A stretch of 63,567 nucleotides of DNA, filler included, from an uncultured archaeon (GCA_903842985.1; 6 parts of 6 records of this genome joined end to end with filler, not necessarily neighbours in it); one strand, 5' to 3'; shown: positions 9,453 to 19,612, counted from the whole stretch's first letter. Numbers and translations are program-made. Notes: generated by a model not told the origin, from the sequence alone.

Positions 9453-9932
9453 ATGGAAGAAGGATTCAAACACATATTAAGGGTTGCCAACACTGACCTT
9501 GATGGAAACAAACCAATAGGCAGGGCCCTGATGAAAATCAAGGGGATAAATTTTATGTTCGCAAACGCTGTCTGCACTATTTCCGGCGTTGAAAAAGGCA
9601 AGAAAACAGGTAACCTTACTGCAGATGATTTAAAAAAAATTGAAAATGTAATTTCTAATCCGCTTGCTGCTGGAACACCTTCATGGATGCTGAACAGGAG
9701 AAATGATCCAGAAGACGGCAGTGACAAGCATCTTTTGAGCAGTGATTTGAAGTTTACTGTTGAAAATGACATAAAGATGATGAAGAAAATCAAATGCTAC
9801 AAGGGAGTGAGGCACAGCCTTGGACAGCCTGTAAGGGGACAGAGCACAAAATCACATTTCAGAAAGAACAAGGGAAAGGTAATGGGCGTATCAAAGAAAA
9901 AGATAGCACCGGCAGCACCGGCAAAGAAGTGA
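9453..9932 (+). CDS. rps13: 30S ribosomal protein uS13
   Basis: ILRVANTDLDG, YKGVRHSLGQPVRGQST. Confidence 0.97.
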   Translation: MEEGFKHILRVANTDLDGNKPIGRALMKIKGINFMFANAVCTISGVEKGKKTGNLTADDLKKIENVISNPLAAGTPSWMLNRRNDPEDGSDKHLLSSDLKFTVENDIKMMKKIKCYKGVRHSLGQPVRGQSTKSHFRKNKGKVMGVSKKKIAPAAPAKK

Positions 9933-9994
9933 TTTTAAAATGGCAGCGCAAATTTTCGATTTGCTGGTCATTTTAACTCCCGAAGGTCGTTAAA

Positions 9995-10522
9995 ATGGGT
10001 TCACCAAAAAAACAAAGGAAAAAATACCATGGACCAAGCCACATGTGGCAGAAGGTCAGGCTAGATGAAGAAAGGCCTCTCAAAAAAGAATATGCATTGA
10101 GCAACAAGAATGAGATATGGAAAATGGGCTCATTCATAAAAAAGGCTGCAATGCAGGCAAAGAAACTTATTGCAGAGCAGAGCGAGCAGGCTGAAAAGGA
10201 AAAATCACTTTTACTGCAGAAGCTGAAAAGGCTTGGCTTGCTAAAGTCTGATGCCGCGGTCGAGGATTGTCTTGGGCTTTCTTTAAAGGATATTCTTGAA
10301 AGGAGGCTGCAGACGCTTGTATACAAGAAAACCCTTGCAAAATCAACAAAGCAGGCAAGGCAGTTTATAGTTCACAGGCACATCAAGATTGGAAACAAGA
10401 TTGTCACATCACCTTCGCACATCGTTTCAATCGACGAAGAGCCGCAGATAGGCTTTTCAGAAAATTCTGCTCTGGCAGATCCGGCGCATCCTGAAAGGGA
10501 AGTCAAGGAGGCCAATAAATGA
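9995..10522 (+). CDS. rps4: 30S ribosomal protein uS4
   Basis: [23 protein letters not shown]. Confidence 0.97.
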   Translation: MGSPKKQRKKYHGPSHMWQKVRLDEERPLKKEYALSNKNEIWKMGSFIKKAAMQAKKLIAEQSEQAEKEKSLLLQKLKRLGLLKSDAAVEDCLGLSLKDILERRLQTLVYKKTLAKSTKQARQFIVHRHIKIGNKIVTSPSHIVSIDEEPQIGFSENSALADPAHPEREVKEANK

Positions 10523-10920
10523 ACAGGGGAGAAACCACAAGATGGGGAATCGCGCACATTTACGCTTCCTATAACGACACAATCATTCATGTGACAGACA
10601 TAACCGGAACAGAGACAATTGCAGTCGGCTCCGGCGGCTTGGTTGTCAAGGCGCACAGGCTTGAAAGCTCGCCGACTGCTGCAATGATTGCTGCAAAAAG
10701 AGTTGCAGAAGTCACAAGGGAAAAAGGAATAAACGGAGTTCATGTCAAAGTGAGGGGGCCTGGCGGTCAGAACGGACCAACTTCGCCTGGACCAGGCGCA
10801 CAGGCAGCTGTGAGAGCTCTCTCAAGAGCAGGTCTGAGAATTGGAATTATTGAAGATGTTACACCAATACCCCATGACACCTGCAGAAAGAAAGGAGGAA
10901 AGAGAGGTAGAAGAGTATGA
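10519..10920 (+). CDS. rps11: 30S ribosomal protein uS11
   Basis: [35 protein letters not shown]. Confidence 0.98.
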   Translation: MNRGETTRWGIAHIYASYNDTIIHVTDITGTETIAVGSGGLVVKAHRLESSPTAAMIAAKRVAEVTREKGINGVHVKVRGPGGQNGPTSPGPGAQAAVRALSRAGLRIGIIEDVTPIPHDTCRKKGGKRGRRV

Positions 10921-11702
10921 AGCTCGAAATCATAGACAAGAAAAAGGATAGAATGAGTTTTTTGCTTACTGGCGCGAAGCCTTCTTTTGCAAACATGCTA
11001 AGAAGAGTTATCAAAGATGAAGTTCCGGCAATGGCCATAGAAGATGTTGAATTCAGGAAAAACAGCTCAATACTTTACGATGAAATGATTGCACACAGGC
11101 TAGGCCTTGTTCCGCTTAAGACTGACCTGGAATCATACAATCTGCCTGAAGAGTGCACGTGCAAGGGAGAAGGCTGTGCAAAATGCCAGGTTACAGGCAG
11201 CCTGAAGGCAAAGGGCCCCGCAATAGTTTACGCTTCTGAGCTGAAATTCAAAGACCCTGCAATAAAACCAGTTTATCCAAAGATGCCAATAACAAAACTG
11301 CTCAAAGGGCAGGAGCTTGAGATTGAAGTTACTGCTGTGCTCGGAAAGGGCAAGGAGCATGCAAAATGGAGCCCAGGACATGTCTGGTACAAATACAAGC
11401 CTTACATCGAGATTGTCAAAAATCCTGATAATGCAGAAGAGATAGTGAAGATATGCCCAAAAGATGTTTTTGAAATCAAGAACAAGAAACTTGCAATCAA
11501 AAATCTTGATGAATGCCATCTTTGCGGCGCATGTGTTGACATAGCAAACGGCGATATAAAGCTGAATGAGAAGGACACAGAATTCATATTTTATGTTGAA
11601 TCATTCGGACAGCTTGACTGTTCAGAGATAGTTAAGGTTGCTGTAGAAACAGTTGAAAAGCAGCTGGAAGAATTCGGCAATCTCCTCAACAAACCCGCTT
11701 AG
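10917..11702 (+). CDS. rpoD: RNA polymerase subunit Rpo3 (D) with ferredoxin-like Fe-S insert
   Basis: [31 protein letters not shown]...CHLCGAC. Confidence 0.96.
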   Translation: MKLEIIDKKKDRMSFLLTGAKPSFANMLRRVIKDEVPAMAIEDVEFRKNSSILYDEMIAHRLGLVPLKTDLESYNLPEECTCKGEGCAKCQVTGSLKAKGPAIVYASELKFKDPAIKPVYPKMPITKLLKGQELEIEVTAVLGKGKEHAKWSPGHVWYKYKPYIEIVKNPDNAEEIVKICPKDVFEIKNKKLAIKNLDECHLCGACVDIANGDIKLNEKDTEFIFYVESFGQLDCSEIVKVAVETVEKQLEEFGNLLNKPA

Positions 11703-11706
11703 ATTT

Positions 11707-11790
11707 GCGGGGGTGTCTGAGTGGCCAAAAGAGTACGGTTGAGGGCCGTATGGCTTAGTGCCTGCGCGGGTTCGATTCCCGTCCCCCGCA
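11707..11790 (+). tRNA. tRNA-Leu(GAG), long variable arm, CCA not encoded
   Basis: Acceptor GCGGGGG/CCCCCGC-A, anticodon stem TACGG-TTGAGGG-CCGTA, T arm GGTTCGATTCC; conserved position between rpoD and rpl18e. Confidence 0.95.
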
Positions 11791-11802
11791 TAATTATTTA
11801 AA

Positions 11803-12165
11803 ATGAGAACAGGACCAACAAATCCAAACTTGAAAACCCTAATAAGGGAGCTTAAGACACTGTCAAGTACAAGCAATGCAGGCATCTGGAAAAAGATTGC
11901 GCTTGACTTGGAAGCGCCTTCAAGAAACAAGAGGGTTGTCAATCTCTCAAGGATAAATAAATGCGGAAAAGAAAATGAAATAATCATTGTACCTGGCAAG
12001 GTTCTTGCATCAGGTGAGATAGACAAAAAACTGATAGTTACTGCATGGCAGTTTTCAGAGCAGGCAAAGGAAAAAATAGCTAATGCAAAGGGAACGTGCA
12101 TGACAATCCCTGAGCTGATGAAAAAGAACAACATTAAGCCGTCGCAGATGAGGGTAATAGGATGA
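11803..12165 (+). CDS. rpl18e: 50S ribosomal protein eL18
   Basis: TNPNL, VNLSRINK, IVPGKVL. Confidence 0.96.
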   Translation: MRTGPTNPNLKTLIRELKTLSSTSNAGIWKKIALDLEAPSRNKRVVNLSRINKCGKENEIIIVPGKVLASGEIDKKLIVTAWQFSEQAKEKIANAKGTCMTIPELMKKNNIKPSQMRVIG

Positions 12166-12581
12166 TAATAGACGCAACAGACCTGATTGTCGGAAGAATG
12201 GCTACGAAAGCCGCGAAGCTTGCTTTGCTTGGCGAGAAAGTTGATATTGTCAACTGCGAGAAGGCAGTCATCTCCGGAAACAGGAGGGAGATAATTGAAA
12301 AGTACAAGGCAAAAAGAGACTTTGGTCACACTCCGTTCAAGGGCCCTTATTTTCCAAGGAGCTCAGACAGATTTGTCAAAAGAGTGATAAGGGGGATGCT
12401 TCCATACAAAAAAAGCAAGGGCGATAAGGCGTTCAAGAGAATAAAATGCTACCTGGGCCTGCCAAAGGAATTCGAGAACGAAAAGACAATCGCCACAATA
12501 AAAGAGGCAAATTTTTCAAAACTTCCTAATCTAAGATACATGCGTGTGGGCGAAGTTTCAAAAGAGATTGGTGCAAAATGA
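12162..12581 (+). CDS. rpl13: 50S ribosomal protein uL13
   Basis: IIDATDLIVGRMA, GPYFPR, IRGMLPYK. Confidence 0.97.
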   Translation: MIIDATDLIVGRMATKAAKLALLGEKVDIVNCEKAVISGNRREIIEKYKAKRDFGHTPFKGPYFPRSSDRFVKRVIRGMLPYKKSKGDKAFKRIKCYLGLPKEFENEKTIATIKEANFSKLPNLRYMRVGEVSKEIGAK

Positions 12582-12979
12582 AGGTAATAAACACATCAGG
12601 AAAAAGAAAGAAAGCAATAGCGAGAGCTGTGCTGAGAGAAGGAACTGGGAAAGTAAGATTTAACAAGATTCCAATCGAACTGGTGAAGCCGAAGATGGCT
12701 TTGCTTAAGCTTAAAGAGCCTTTGGTTCTTGCCGGCGACCTTGCCAACAAGGTTGACATTGATGTTGATGTAAACGGCGGCGGAAGCATTTCAGGAGCAG
12801 AGGCAGGAAGGCTTGCAATTGCAAAGGCGCTTGTTAGCTATTCAAAATCAGAAAAGCTAAAGCAGGTATTCCTGGCTTATGACAGAAACATGCTGATTGC
12901 AGACGTAAGACAGAGAGAGCCAAGGAAGCCTAACAATAGGGGAAAAGCCAGGCAGAAAAAGCAATTGAGCAAGAGGTAA
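12578..12979 (+). CDS. rps9: 30S ribosomal protein uS9
   Basis: SGKRKKAIARA, VNGGG, YDRNMLIADVR. Confidence 0.97.
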   Translation: MKVINTSGKRKKAIARAVLREGTGKVRFNKIPIELVKPKMALLKLKEPLVLAGDLANKVDIDVDVNGGGSISGAEAGRLAIAKALVSYSKSEKLKQVFLAYDRNMLIADVRQREPRKPNNRGKARQKKQLSKR

Positions 12980-12981
12980 AA

Positions 12982-13179
12982 ATGATAATACCAATAAGAT
13001 GCTGGAGCTGCGGAAAACCCATTGCGCATCTCTGGGAAGAGTATGAGGAGAGAGTTGCAAAAGGCGAGGACAAAAAAAAGGTTTTGGATAGTTTGGGCCT
13101 TGATAGATACTGCTGCAGGGCAATGCTCCTCGGCCACGTTGATTTGATAGACGTGACTGCTCAGTTCAAAAAGTTCTGA
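12982..13179 (+). CDS. rpoN: RNA polymerase subunit Rpo10 (N)
   Basis: MIIPIRCWSCGK, RYCCRAML. Confidence 0.98.
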   Translation: MIIPIRCWSCGKPIAHLWEEYEERVAKGEDKKKVLDSLGLDRYCCRAMLLGHVDLIDVTAQFKKF

Positions 13180-13181
13180 TT

Positions 13182-16100
13182 ATGGATTTCATAAAGATCC
13201 AGGGAAAGTGGCAGAAGAAATGGGAAGATGCAAAGCTGTTTGAGTCAAATGAGGGCTCAAAAAAGAAAAAATTCTACTGCCTTGAGATGTTTCCTTACCC
13301 GTCTGCTTCTGGCCTTCACATGGGCCATGCAAGGAACTACATCATCGGCGACATCTATTCAAGATTCAAAAGGATGAATGGCTTTAATGTTCTTTACCCA
13401 ATGGGCTATGACGCGCTTGGACTGCCTGCCGAAAACGCGGCAATAAAAGCTGGAACGCATCCGAGAAAATTCACAGAGGATGCAATCAATAATTTCATAA
13501 AACAGCAGAAGGAAATCGGATTGAGCTATGACTGGAGCAGGATGCTCAAGACCTGCGACCCTGAATATTACAGATGGAACCAGTATTTCTTCCTGAAATT
13601 ATACGAAAAAGGGCTTGTCTACAGGAAAAAGGCGCCTGTGAACTGGTGCCCGAAGTGCAACACTGTGCTTGCAAATGAGCAGGTGCATAACGGCAAGTGC
13701 TGGAGGCACAAGGATACAAGCGTTGAGATAAAGCATCTTGAGCAGTGGTTCATCAAGACAACTGCCTATGCTGACGAGCTGCTGGAAATGACAGATGCCC
13801 TTGACTGGCCCGAAAGAATCAAGCTGATGCAGAAGAACTGGATAGGAAAAAGCTACGGCACAGACATAGATTTTGAGATTAACGGGAAGAAATGGTCAAT
13901 TTTCACGACAAGGCCTGACACGATTTACGGCGTTACTTTCATGGTTGTTTCTGCGCAGCATCCGCGCCTGATGGAACTTGTGACAAAAGAGCAGAAGAAG
14001 GGAGTTGAGGCTTTCCTGAAGAAAATAAAGTCAACAAGCGAGAAAGACATCGAAGAGCTTGAGAAAGAGGGAGCGTTTACAGGAAGCTATGCTGTGAATC
14101 CGCTGACAAAAGACAAGATTCCTGTTTATGCTGGCAATTTCGTGATTGCAGAATACGGTTCTGGAATGGTAATGGCTGTTCCTGCGCACGACCAGAGAGA
14201 TTTTGAGTTTGCAAAGAAATACAAGATTCCGATAAAACAAGTAATAGCTCCGACTTTTATAACTAACGCGGGGCATGATGCAGTTAGAAAAGATAAGCCT
14301 ACTTCAGCAAGAGATTCTGCTATTGGGATAGTCAAGCATTGGAAAGAGGATAAATATTTTGTTTTAGATTGGAAAGAATTTAGCTGGAAAAGTTTTGTTA
14401 TTGGTGGAATTGAAAAGGGTGAGACTCCTGAGGAGGCAGTTGTTAGAGAGGTAAAAGAAGAAACAGGTTACCAAGACATAAAATCTGTAAAACCAATTGG
14501 ATTTGAGATTCATACTAAATTTTTCGCCAGACATAAAGATGTAAATCGACATGGGAAATTTAAAACTTTCTTAGTGGAATTGGGCTCTGATAAATACAAA
14601 AAACCTGAAGAAGAGCATACTAAAAATCATATTGGAAAGTGGTTAGAAAAAGAAAAGATATCAGGATACATTAATTTAGAAGACAATAAATTTCTATGGG
14701 AGGCTTATACAAAAGGAGAGAGCGCTTACACAGAAGAGGGCACGCTTGTCAATTCAGGCGAATTCAACGGGATTAACAGCAGGGAAGCCATTGATGAGAT
14801 TTCAAAGCATCTTGAGAAGAAAAAACTTGGAAAAAGAACACTGCAGTACAAATTAAGGGACTGGCTTGTTTCAAGGCAGAGATACTGGGGAACGCCGATT
14901 CCGTTTGTCTACTGCGACAAGTGCGGGCTGGTGCCTGTTCCTGAAAAAGAGCTGCCTATAATCCTGCCTGAAAATGTAAAGTTCGGCGAAGGCAATCCGC
15001 TTGAGACAAACAAGGAGTTTGTCAATGCAAAATGCCCGAAATGCGGAGGAAAGGCAAGAAGGGAAACAGACACAATGGACACCTTCTTTGACAGCAGTTG
15101 GTATTTCCTGAGGTTCTGCGACAACAAAAACAGCAAGGAGCCGTTTGCAAAGGAGAAAGTAAAGTTCTGGATGCCTGTTGACCTTTATGTTGGCGGGGCA
15201 GAGCACGCGTGCATGCACCTGATTTATGCAAGATTCTTTGTAAAAGCACTGAGGGATTTGGGCTTGTTGAAGTTTAATGAGCCATTCACAAAGCTTTACA
15301 ACCAGGGAATGCTTCACGGCACAGACGGTTTTGTAATGTCAAAATCAAGGGGCAATGTTGTCCTGCCTGAGGAGATTTCAAAGAAATACGGGATTGATAC
15401 TGCGCGCGTTTTCCTGATGTTTGTTGCGTCGCCTGACAAGGACATGCTGTGGGATGACAAAGGAATAAGCGGATGCTCAAAGTTCATGAACAAGGTAATT
15501 TCATTGTTTGAGAAAAAAATAACAAATGAAAAAGATTCGCTGCTTGAGTCAAAAACAAACAGGACAATAAAAGAGGTTACTGAAAAGATAGAAAGCATGC
15601 AATACAATGTAGCTTTGATAGATTTGATGGAGCTTGTCAAGTTCCTTTCTTCAAGAGAGACAGTTACAATGCAGAGCATTGAATCTTTGCTGCTGATTTT
15701 AAGCCCATTTTGCCCGCATGTCTGCGAGGAGCTGTGGGAGAAGCTTGGCAACAGGGGATTTATTGCTTCTGAAAAATGGCCTTCTTACGACGAGAAGAAG
15801 ATAAATCTTGAATCTGAGTATCTTGAGGACATAATTGCCAATACAAAATCAGATGTAATAACAGTTTTGGAGCTTGCAAAGATAGAGAAGCCGAAAGAGA
15901 TTAAATTGTTTGTCAGCGATGACTGGAAATACAAACTTTACAAACTGGTTGTTGACAAATTAAAGGAAACAAGGGATGTTGGAGTGATACAAAAGGCAGT
16001 TATGGCAACTGAATTGAAGAAATTCGGAAAAGACATTATCAGGATGATTCCGAGGATTATTGAAAATCCGCCTAAGATTGTTCTTAATCAGGAGAAAGAG

Positions 16101-16238
16101 CTGAAGAAGATAAAAGAATCAAAAGAAAGAATAGAAAATGAGTTCAAGTGCAAGGTTGAAGTGGTTAAAGAAGCTGATTCAAAGGAGCAGAAGGCAAGGC
16201 AGGCATTGCCTGGCAAGCCTGCGATAATAATCAGCTGA
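13182..16238 (+). CDS. leuS: Leucine-tRNA ligase: bacterial-type core, Nudix insert, archaeal-type C-terminal domain
   Basis: EMFPYPS...LHMGH, FTTRPDT, AVPAHDQRD, SRQRYWG, RETDTMDTF, VMSKS; C-terminus KARQALPGKPAIII. Confidence 0.95.
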   Translation: MDFIKIQGKWQKKWEDAKLFESNEGSKKKKFYCLEMFPYPSASGLHMGHARNYIIGDIYSRFKRMNGFNVLYPMGYDALGLPAENAAIKAGTHPRKFTEDAINNFIKQQKEIGLSYDWSRMLKTCDPEYYRWNQYFFLKLYEKGLVYRKKAPVNWCPKCNTVLANEQVHNGKCWRHKDTSVEIKHLEQWFIKTTAYADELLEMTDALDWPERIKLMQKNWIGKSYGTDIDFEINGKKWSIFTTRPDTIYGVTFMVVSAQHPRLMELVTKEQKKGVEAFLKKIKSTSEKDIEELEKEGAFTGSYAVNPLTKDKIPVYAGNFVIAEYGSGMVMAVPAHDQRDFEFAKKYKIPIKQVIAPTFITNAGHDAVRKDKPTSARDSAIGIVKHWKEDKYFVLDWKEFSWKSFVIGGIEKGETPEEAVVREVKEETGYQDIKSVKPIGFEIHTKFFARHKDVNRHGKFKTFLVELGSDKYKKPEEEHTKNHIGKWLEKEKISGYINLEDNKFLWEAYTKGESAYTEEGTLVNSGEFNGINSREAIDEISKHLEKKKLGKRTLQYKLRDWLVSRQRYWGTPIPFVYCDKCGLVPVPEKELPIILPENVKFGEGNPLETNKEFVNAKCPKCGGKARRETDTMDTFFDSSWYFLRFCDNKNSKEPFAKEKVKFWMPVDLYVGGAEHACMHLIYARFFVKALRDLGLLKFNEPFTKLYNQGMLHGTDGFVMSKSRGNVVLPEEISKKYGIDTARVFLMFVASPDKDMLWDDKGISGCSKFMNKVISLFEKKITNEKDSLLESKTNRTIKEVTEKIESMQYNVALIDLMELVKFLSSRETVTMQSIESLLLILSPFCPHVCEELWEKLGNRGFIASEKWPSYDEKKINLESEYLEDIIANTKSDVITVLELAKIEKPKEIKLFVSDDWKYKLYKLVVDKLKETRDVGVIQKAVMATELKKFGKDIIRMIPRIIENPPKIVLNQEKELKKIKESKERIENEFKCKVEVVKEADSKEQKARQALPGKPAIIIS

Positions 16239-16248
16239 TTCTAAGAAT

Positions 16249-16402
16249 TATAAAGCGGCGAGCCCGCACAAATTTTTTATAAAAATTTGATAAAAATAAT
16301 GCGACTCCTAGTTGCTGCGCAACCGGAGTCCCATAATGGCTTCTTGGGCTTTAGAATACAGAATCAATAATAAATTACAGAATATAAAGCGGCGAGCCCG
16401 CA
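16249..16402. repeat. 20-bp perfect direct repeat TATAAAGCGGCGAGCCCGCA (16249-16268 and 16383-16402), duplicating the SRP RNA 3' end
   Basis: Identical 20-mers; the second overlaps the SRP RNA terminus. Confidence 0.85.
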
Positions 16403-16659
16403 GAATTCGCAACAAACAACACTTACTGGTTTACCCCGAGTTTTCCTCAATTCCGCTACCCCATAAGCATCAAGCATTAAGGTTAGGGCTGCTCTGTTCC
16501 CAGCCTGACCCATTTCCCATAACGAAGATCCTACAGGACAGAATCTCATGGTACGACCCAAGACCAGCAAGCACTGCTTGCCTCTCGTCCTGCGTATAGC
16601 CCCTTCGTGAAGCCGATTTAAGGTGACAGGGTACGGCTAGCACCCCAGCATAGCCCGCC
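16389..16659 (-). ncRNA. ffs: Archaeal signal recognition particle (7S) RNA
   Basis: 5' GGCGGGCTATGCTGGGG, helix-8 motif TCAGGCTGGGAACAGAGCAGC, terminal pairing GGCGGGC/GCTCGCC, upstream TATA-like box. Confidence 0.88.
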
Positions 16660-16717
16660 ATAAAGCCATATAGAAAGGGTATTTAAAAAGGTTTTGATGT
16701 ATATACAAGTCAACAAA

Positions 16718-17215
16718 CTACTTCACATAGGCATAAACCATATCATCCATGAATTTGCCTTTTTTCAGCTTGTTTTTCCTCAAAATACCTTCAAGTTTGT
16801 AGCCTGACTTTTCTAAAACCCTTGCAGAGGGTTTATTGAATGTCCTGACATTTCCAGAAATTCTTTTTAGCTTGTGTTTCTTGAAAAAATATTCTGTTAC
16901 TATTTTTACTGCCTTTGTTGTGATGCCTTTGCCCCTGCACTTTTTTGCAATCCAATAAGAAATAATTGCCTTGTGCCCCTTTATTATGTCGTGAATCCCG
17001 ATGCTGCCAACTGCTTCGCCATCAATATCTATGACAAAATTCTCAGAATTCTTGCTTTTGTGAAATAATTCCTTTCCTGCCTCTTTTAGATTCTTCGGCA
17101 TAGACATAAAGTTTCTTGCAGTATCTTTATCCTGATAATTCTTGAACCAGCATTGCAAATCGCTCTTTTTTGCGGGCCTTAGAATGAATTTTGGATTTTG
17201 AGATTTTAGTATCAT
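16718..17215 (-). CDS. GNAT acetyltransferase, RimJ/RimL family
   Basis: ISYWIAKKCRGKGITT, NKPSARVLEKSGY. Confidence 0.9.
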   Translation of the reverse strand: MILKSQNPKFILRPAKKSDLQCWFKNYQDKDTARNFMSMPKNLKEAGKELFHKSKNSENFVIDIDGEAVGSIGIHDIIKGHKAIISYWIAKKCRGKGITTKAVKIVTEYFFKKHKLKRISGNVRTFNKPSARVLEKSGYKLEGILRKNKLKKGKFMDDMVYAYVK

Positions 17216-17251
17216 TAGATATACAAATTGAAAAATGATTTATATATTTAT

Positions 17252-18157
17252 CTAAATATTAATCAGCAAAACAATCAGCGCACCGACAAAGCAGCCAGCT
17301 GAAATAAATGGCATTGCTGGATAGAACTGCTCTTTCTTTGCTTTCACCAAAAGCAGAAGCAGTGCAAGTGTCGAGAAAGCAACAACAATCAATGACTGCA
17401 AAAAGCCGACTAAAACAGAATGGTGAAGCATCAAGCTTTTCATAACAACGCCTGCGAAAATTAATGGGAAGCCGATGTCCCCTCCGCCAAGCACAGCTGT
17501 CTTGACCATTACTATCTTTTTAGGTGCTGCCTTCAGAACATTTTTTGGAATTCGCTTCGGCATTTTGTATGGCAGAAGCAGGCCCGCAAATATCTTTTCC
17601 TTTGACTGCCACTTCGCAAGCTTAATCATGTGCTTGCTTTTCCAGACAGCATAGGCGTCATAGCCTGAAATTAATACAAGCAGAACAGTTACTGAAAATA
17701 CATTCATAATTGGGACAAAGAGTGCTGCCAGTCCGCCATAAATGAAAAGCTCTGAAATATTATGAACAAAGATGTTTGGCTTGAATACCTTCCAGAGCGA
17801 AACAATCAATGCCAGCACAAAAGCAATGTACTGATTGATGAAAGCGCCAAAAGCAAATGTCAGACAAATTAAAATGCTCAGGAAAAACCAGGTTTTCCAG
17901 ATGCTGCCTCCGCCAAATTTTATAATCACAAAAATTAATGCAGTTCCAATCAGTATCGCTGCAAAAATCCAAATAAATGATGTTTTTTCCTCAATCTGCG
18001 GCCTTGTAATATTGTAAGGCAATGATTTGAAAACAGTTTTTCCAGTTATAGCTGTTGCCTTGTGGTCTATGTACTCATTAACAATCCCAAGCCCAATTAT
18101 CTGCGAGAAGAGGAATATTAAAACCAATAAAAGAGTAATCTTAAGAGTGTGCTTCAT
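17252..18157 (-). CDS. Presenilin/SPP-family intramembrane aspartyl protease (PSH-like)
   Basis: YD (GYDAYAVW), GxGD (LGGGD) and PAMP motifs in a multi-TM protein. Confidence 0.9.
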   Translation of the reverse strand: MKHTLKITLLLVLIFLFSQIIGLGIVNEYIDHKATAITGKTVFKSLPYNITRPQIEEKTSFIWIFAAILIGTALIFVIIKFGGGSIWKTWFFLSILICLTFAFGAFINQYIAFVLALIVSLWKVFKPNIFVHNISELFIYGGLAALFVPIMNVFSVTVLLVLISGYDAYAVWKSKHMIKLAKWQSKEKIFAGLLLPYKMPKRIPKNVLKAAPKKIVMVKTAVLGGGDIGFPLIFAGVVMKSLMLHHSVLVGFLQSLIVVAFSTLALLLLLVKAKKEQFYPAMPFISAGCFVGALIVLLINI

Positions 18158-18274
18158 AAGTCAAGCTGGATTGGCTGGCATTTATATTTGTTGCTGTTTT
18201 TAGGCGTGCGAGGTGCTCTTCTTCTTTGGAAACTGTTAGAAACATTTTTAAATAAAGAAAAAAATAAAGGCAAT

Positions 18275-19363
18275 ATGGTGTTAATAGACCCCTGGGGTTC
18301 TGTATTGGTAAAGGACTATGAGGATGTGATAAAGACATTTGGGCTGGAGACATTCAACCCAAAATTATTTCCGGAGCCAAACAGGCTGATGAGAAGGGGC
18401 GTTGTTTTTGCAGGAAGGGATTTAAGAATTCTGGCAGGCGCGATAAAGAAGAAAGAGAAGTTCTATGCGCTGACAGGAATAATGCCCTCTGCTGAAAGGA
18501 TTCATTTCGGAAACAAGATGGTTGTTGAGATGATGAGCTACTTCCAGGAGCGCGGTGCAAAAACATATGTTCTTGTGGCAGATCTGGAGGCGGCAGCGAC
18601 AAGAGGCATTTCCCTGGAAAAAGCAAGGAAGACTGCGCTTGACTTCCACATACCTGCCTGGATTGCACTTGGGCTTGACCCGAAAAAAACAACATTCTAC
18701 CTGCAGTCAGAGAACAAGGAAGTCGTGCATATGGCATACAATTTCTCAAAAAGAATAACATTGAACGAGTTCAAGTCAATTTATGGAAGCGCTGACCCCG
18801 GAAGGATAATGGGCGCCCTGACACAGGCAGGCGACATTCTTTATCCGCAGCTGAAGGAAAGGATGCCTGGCGTGATTCCTGTGGGCGTTGACCAGGACCC
18901 GCACATAAGACTCACCAGAGACATTGTTGAAAGGACAAAATCAAGCTACAATTTCATACCGCCGTCTGCGGTCTTCAACAAGTTCACACCTTCGCTTGAC
19001 GGCGAACTTAAAATGTCTAAATCGAAGCCAGGCTCGTGCATCGAGCTTCCTGAAAACCCAAAAGAGGTCTGCAGAAAGCTAAAGGGTGCGCTGACAGGCG
19101 GAAGGGACACGATTGACGAGCAGAAGAAGCTTGGCGGGGAGCCTGAGAAATGCATGATTTTTGAGCTTTACAAGCAGCACCTGATAGACGACGACAAGCA
19201 GCTGCAGAAGATTTATGACGACTGCAAGGCAGGAAAGCTGATGTGCGGAGAGGATAAGCAGCACGCCTGCGAACTAATGACAAAGTTCATGGAGAAGTTT
19301 GAGAAGGATATGGAGAAGGCGAGAAAGAAGGTCAAGGAGCTGAAGTTTGTAGAGTTTAAATAA
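18275..19363 (+). CDS. trpS: Tryptophan-tRNA ligase (archaeal type)
   Basis: IDPWG, TGIMPS..IHFGN, PVGVDQDPH, KMSKS, ALTGGR; start reassigned to ATG 18275. Confidence 0.95.
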   Translation: MVLIDPWGSVLVKDYEDVIKTFGLETFNPKLFPEPNRLMRRGVVFAGRDLRILAGAIKKKEKFYALTGIMPSAERIHFGNKMVVEMMSYFQERGAKTYVLVADLEAAATRGISLEKARKTALDFHIPAWIALGLDPKKTTFYLQSENKEVVHMAYNFSKRITLNEFKSIYGSADPGRIMGALTQAGDILYPQLKERMPGVIPVGVDQDPHIRLTRDIVERTKSSYNFIPPSAVFNKFTPSLDGELKMSKSKPGSCIELPENPKEVCRKLKGALTGGRDTIDEQKKLGGEPEKCMIFELYKQHLIDDDKQLQKIYDDCKAGKLMCGEDKQHACELMTKFMEKFEKDMEKARKKVKELKFVEFK

Positions 19364-19390
19364 TAAAAAATATAAAAAAGAGGTGTAAAA

Positions 19391-19612
19391 ATGTCAAAAT
19401 ACAAAGTAGCGCCGTTGTCAGGGTCGTTTTTGCTGGCAAGCATGCTTGGATTTGCGATTTCTGCGGTCTGGGTTTATCCTGCATCAAAGAATTTCGGGAT
19501 AGCATTCATGATAGTGTTTGGAGCGATGTTTATCTCATCAATAATTTCGATGACAAAGGGGCCTGAAACAGAAGAATTGATAATGGATGCAAAGCAGAGG
19601 CCAAGGCGCTAA
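19391..19612 (+). CDS. Small two-TM membrane protein
   Basis: GAGGTG Shine-Dalgarno upstream; two hydrophobic helices. Confidence 0.7.
   Translation: MSKYKVAPLSGSFLLASMLGFAISAVWVYPASKNFGIAFMIVFGAMFISSIISMTKGPETEELIMDAKQRPRR

Noticed and set aside
16312..16661. Short ORFs at 16312-16661
   Set aside because: Shadow ORFs over the SRP RNA.
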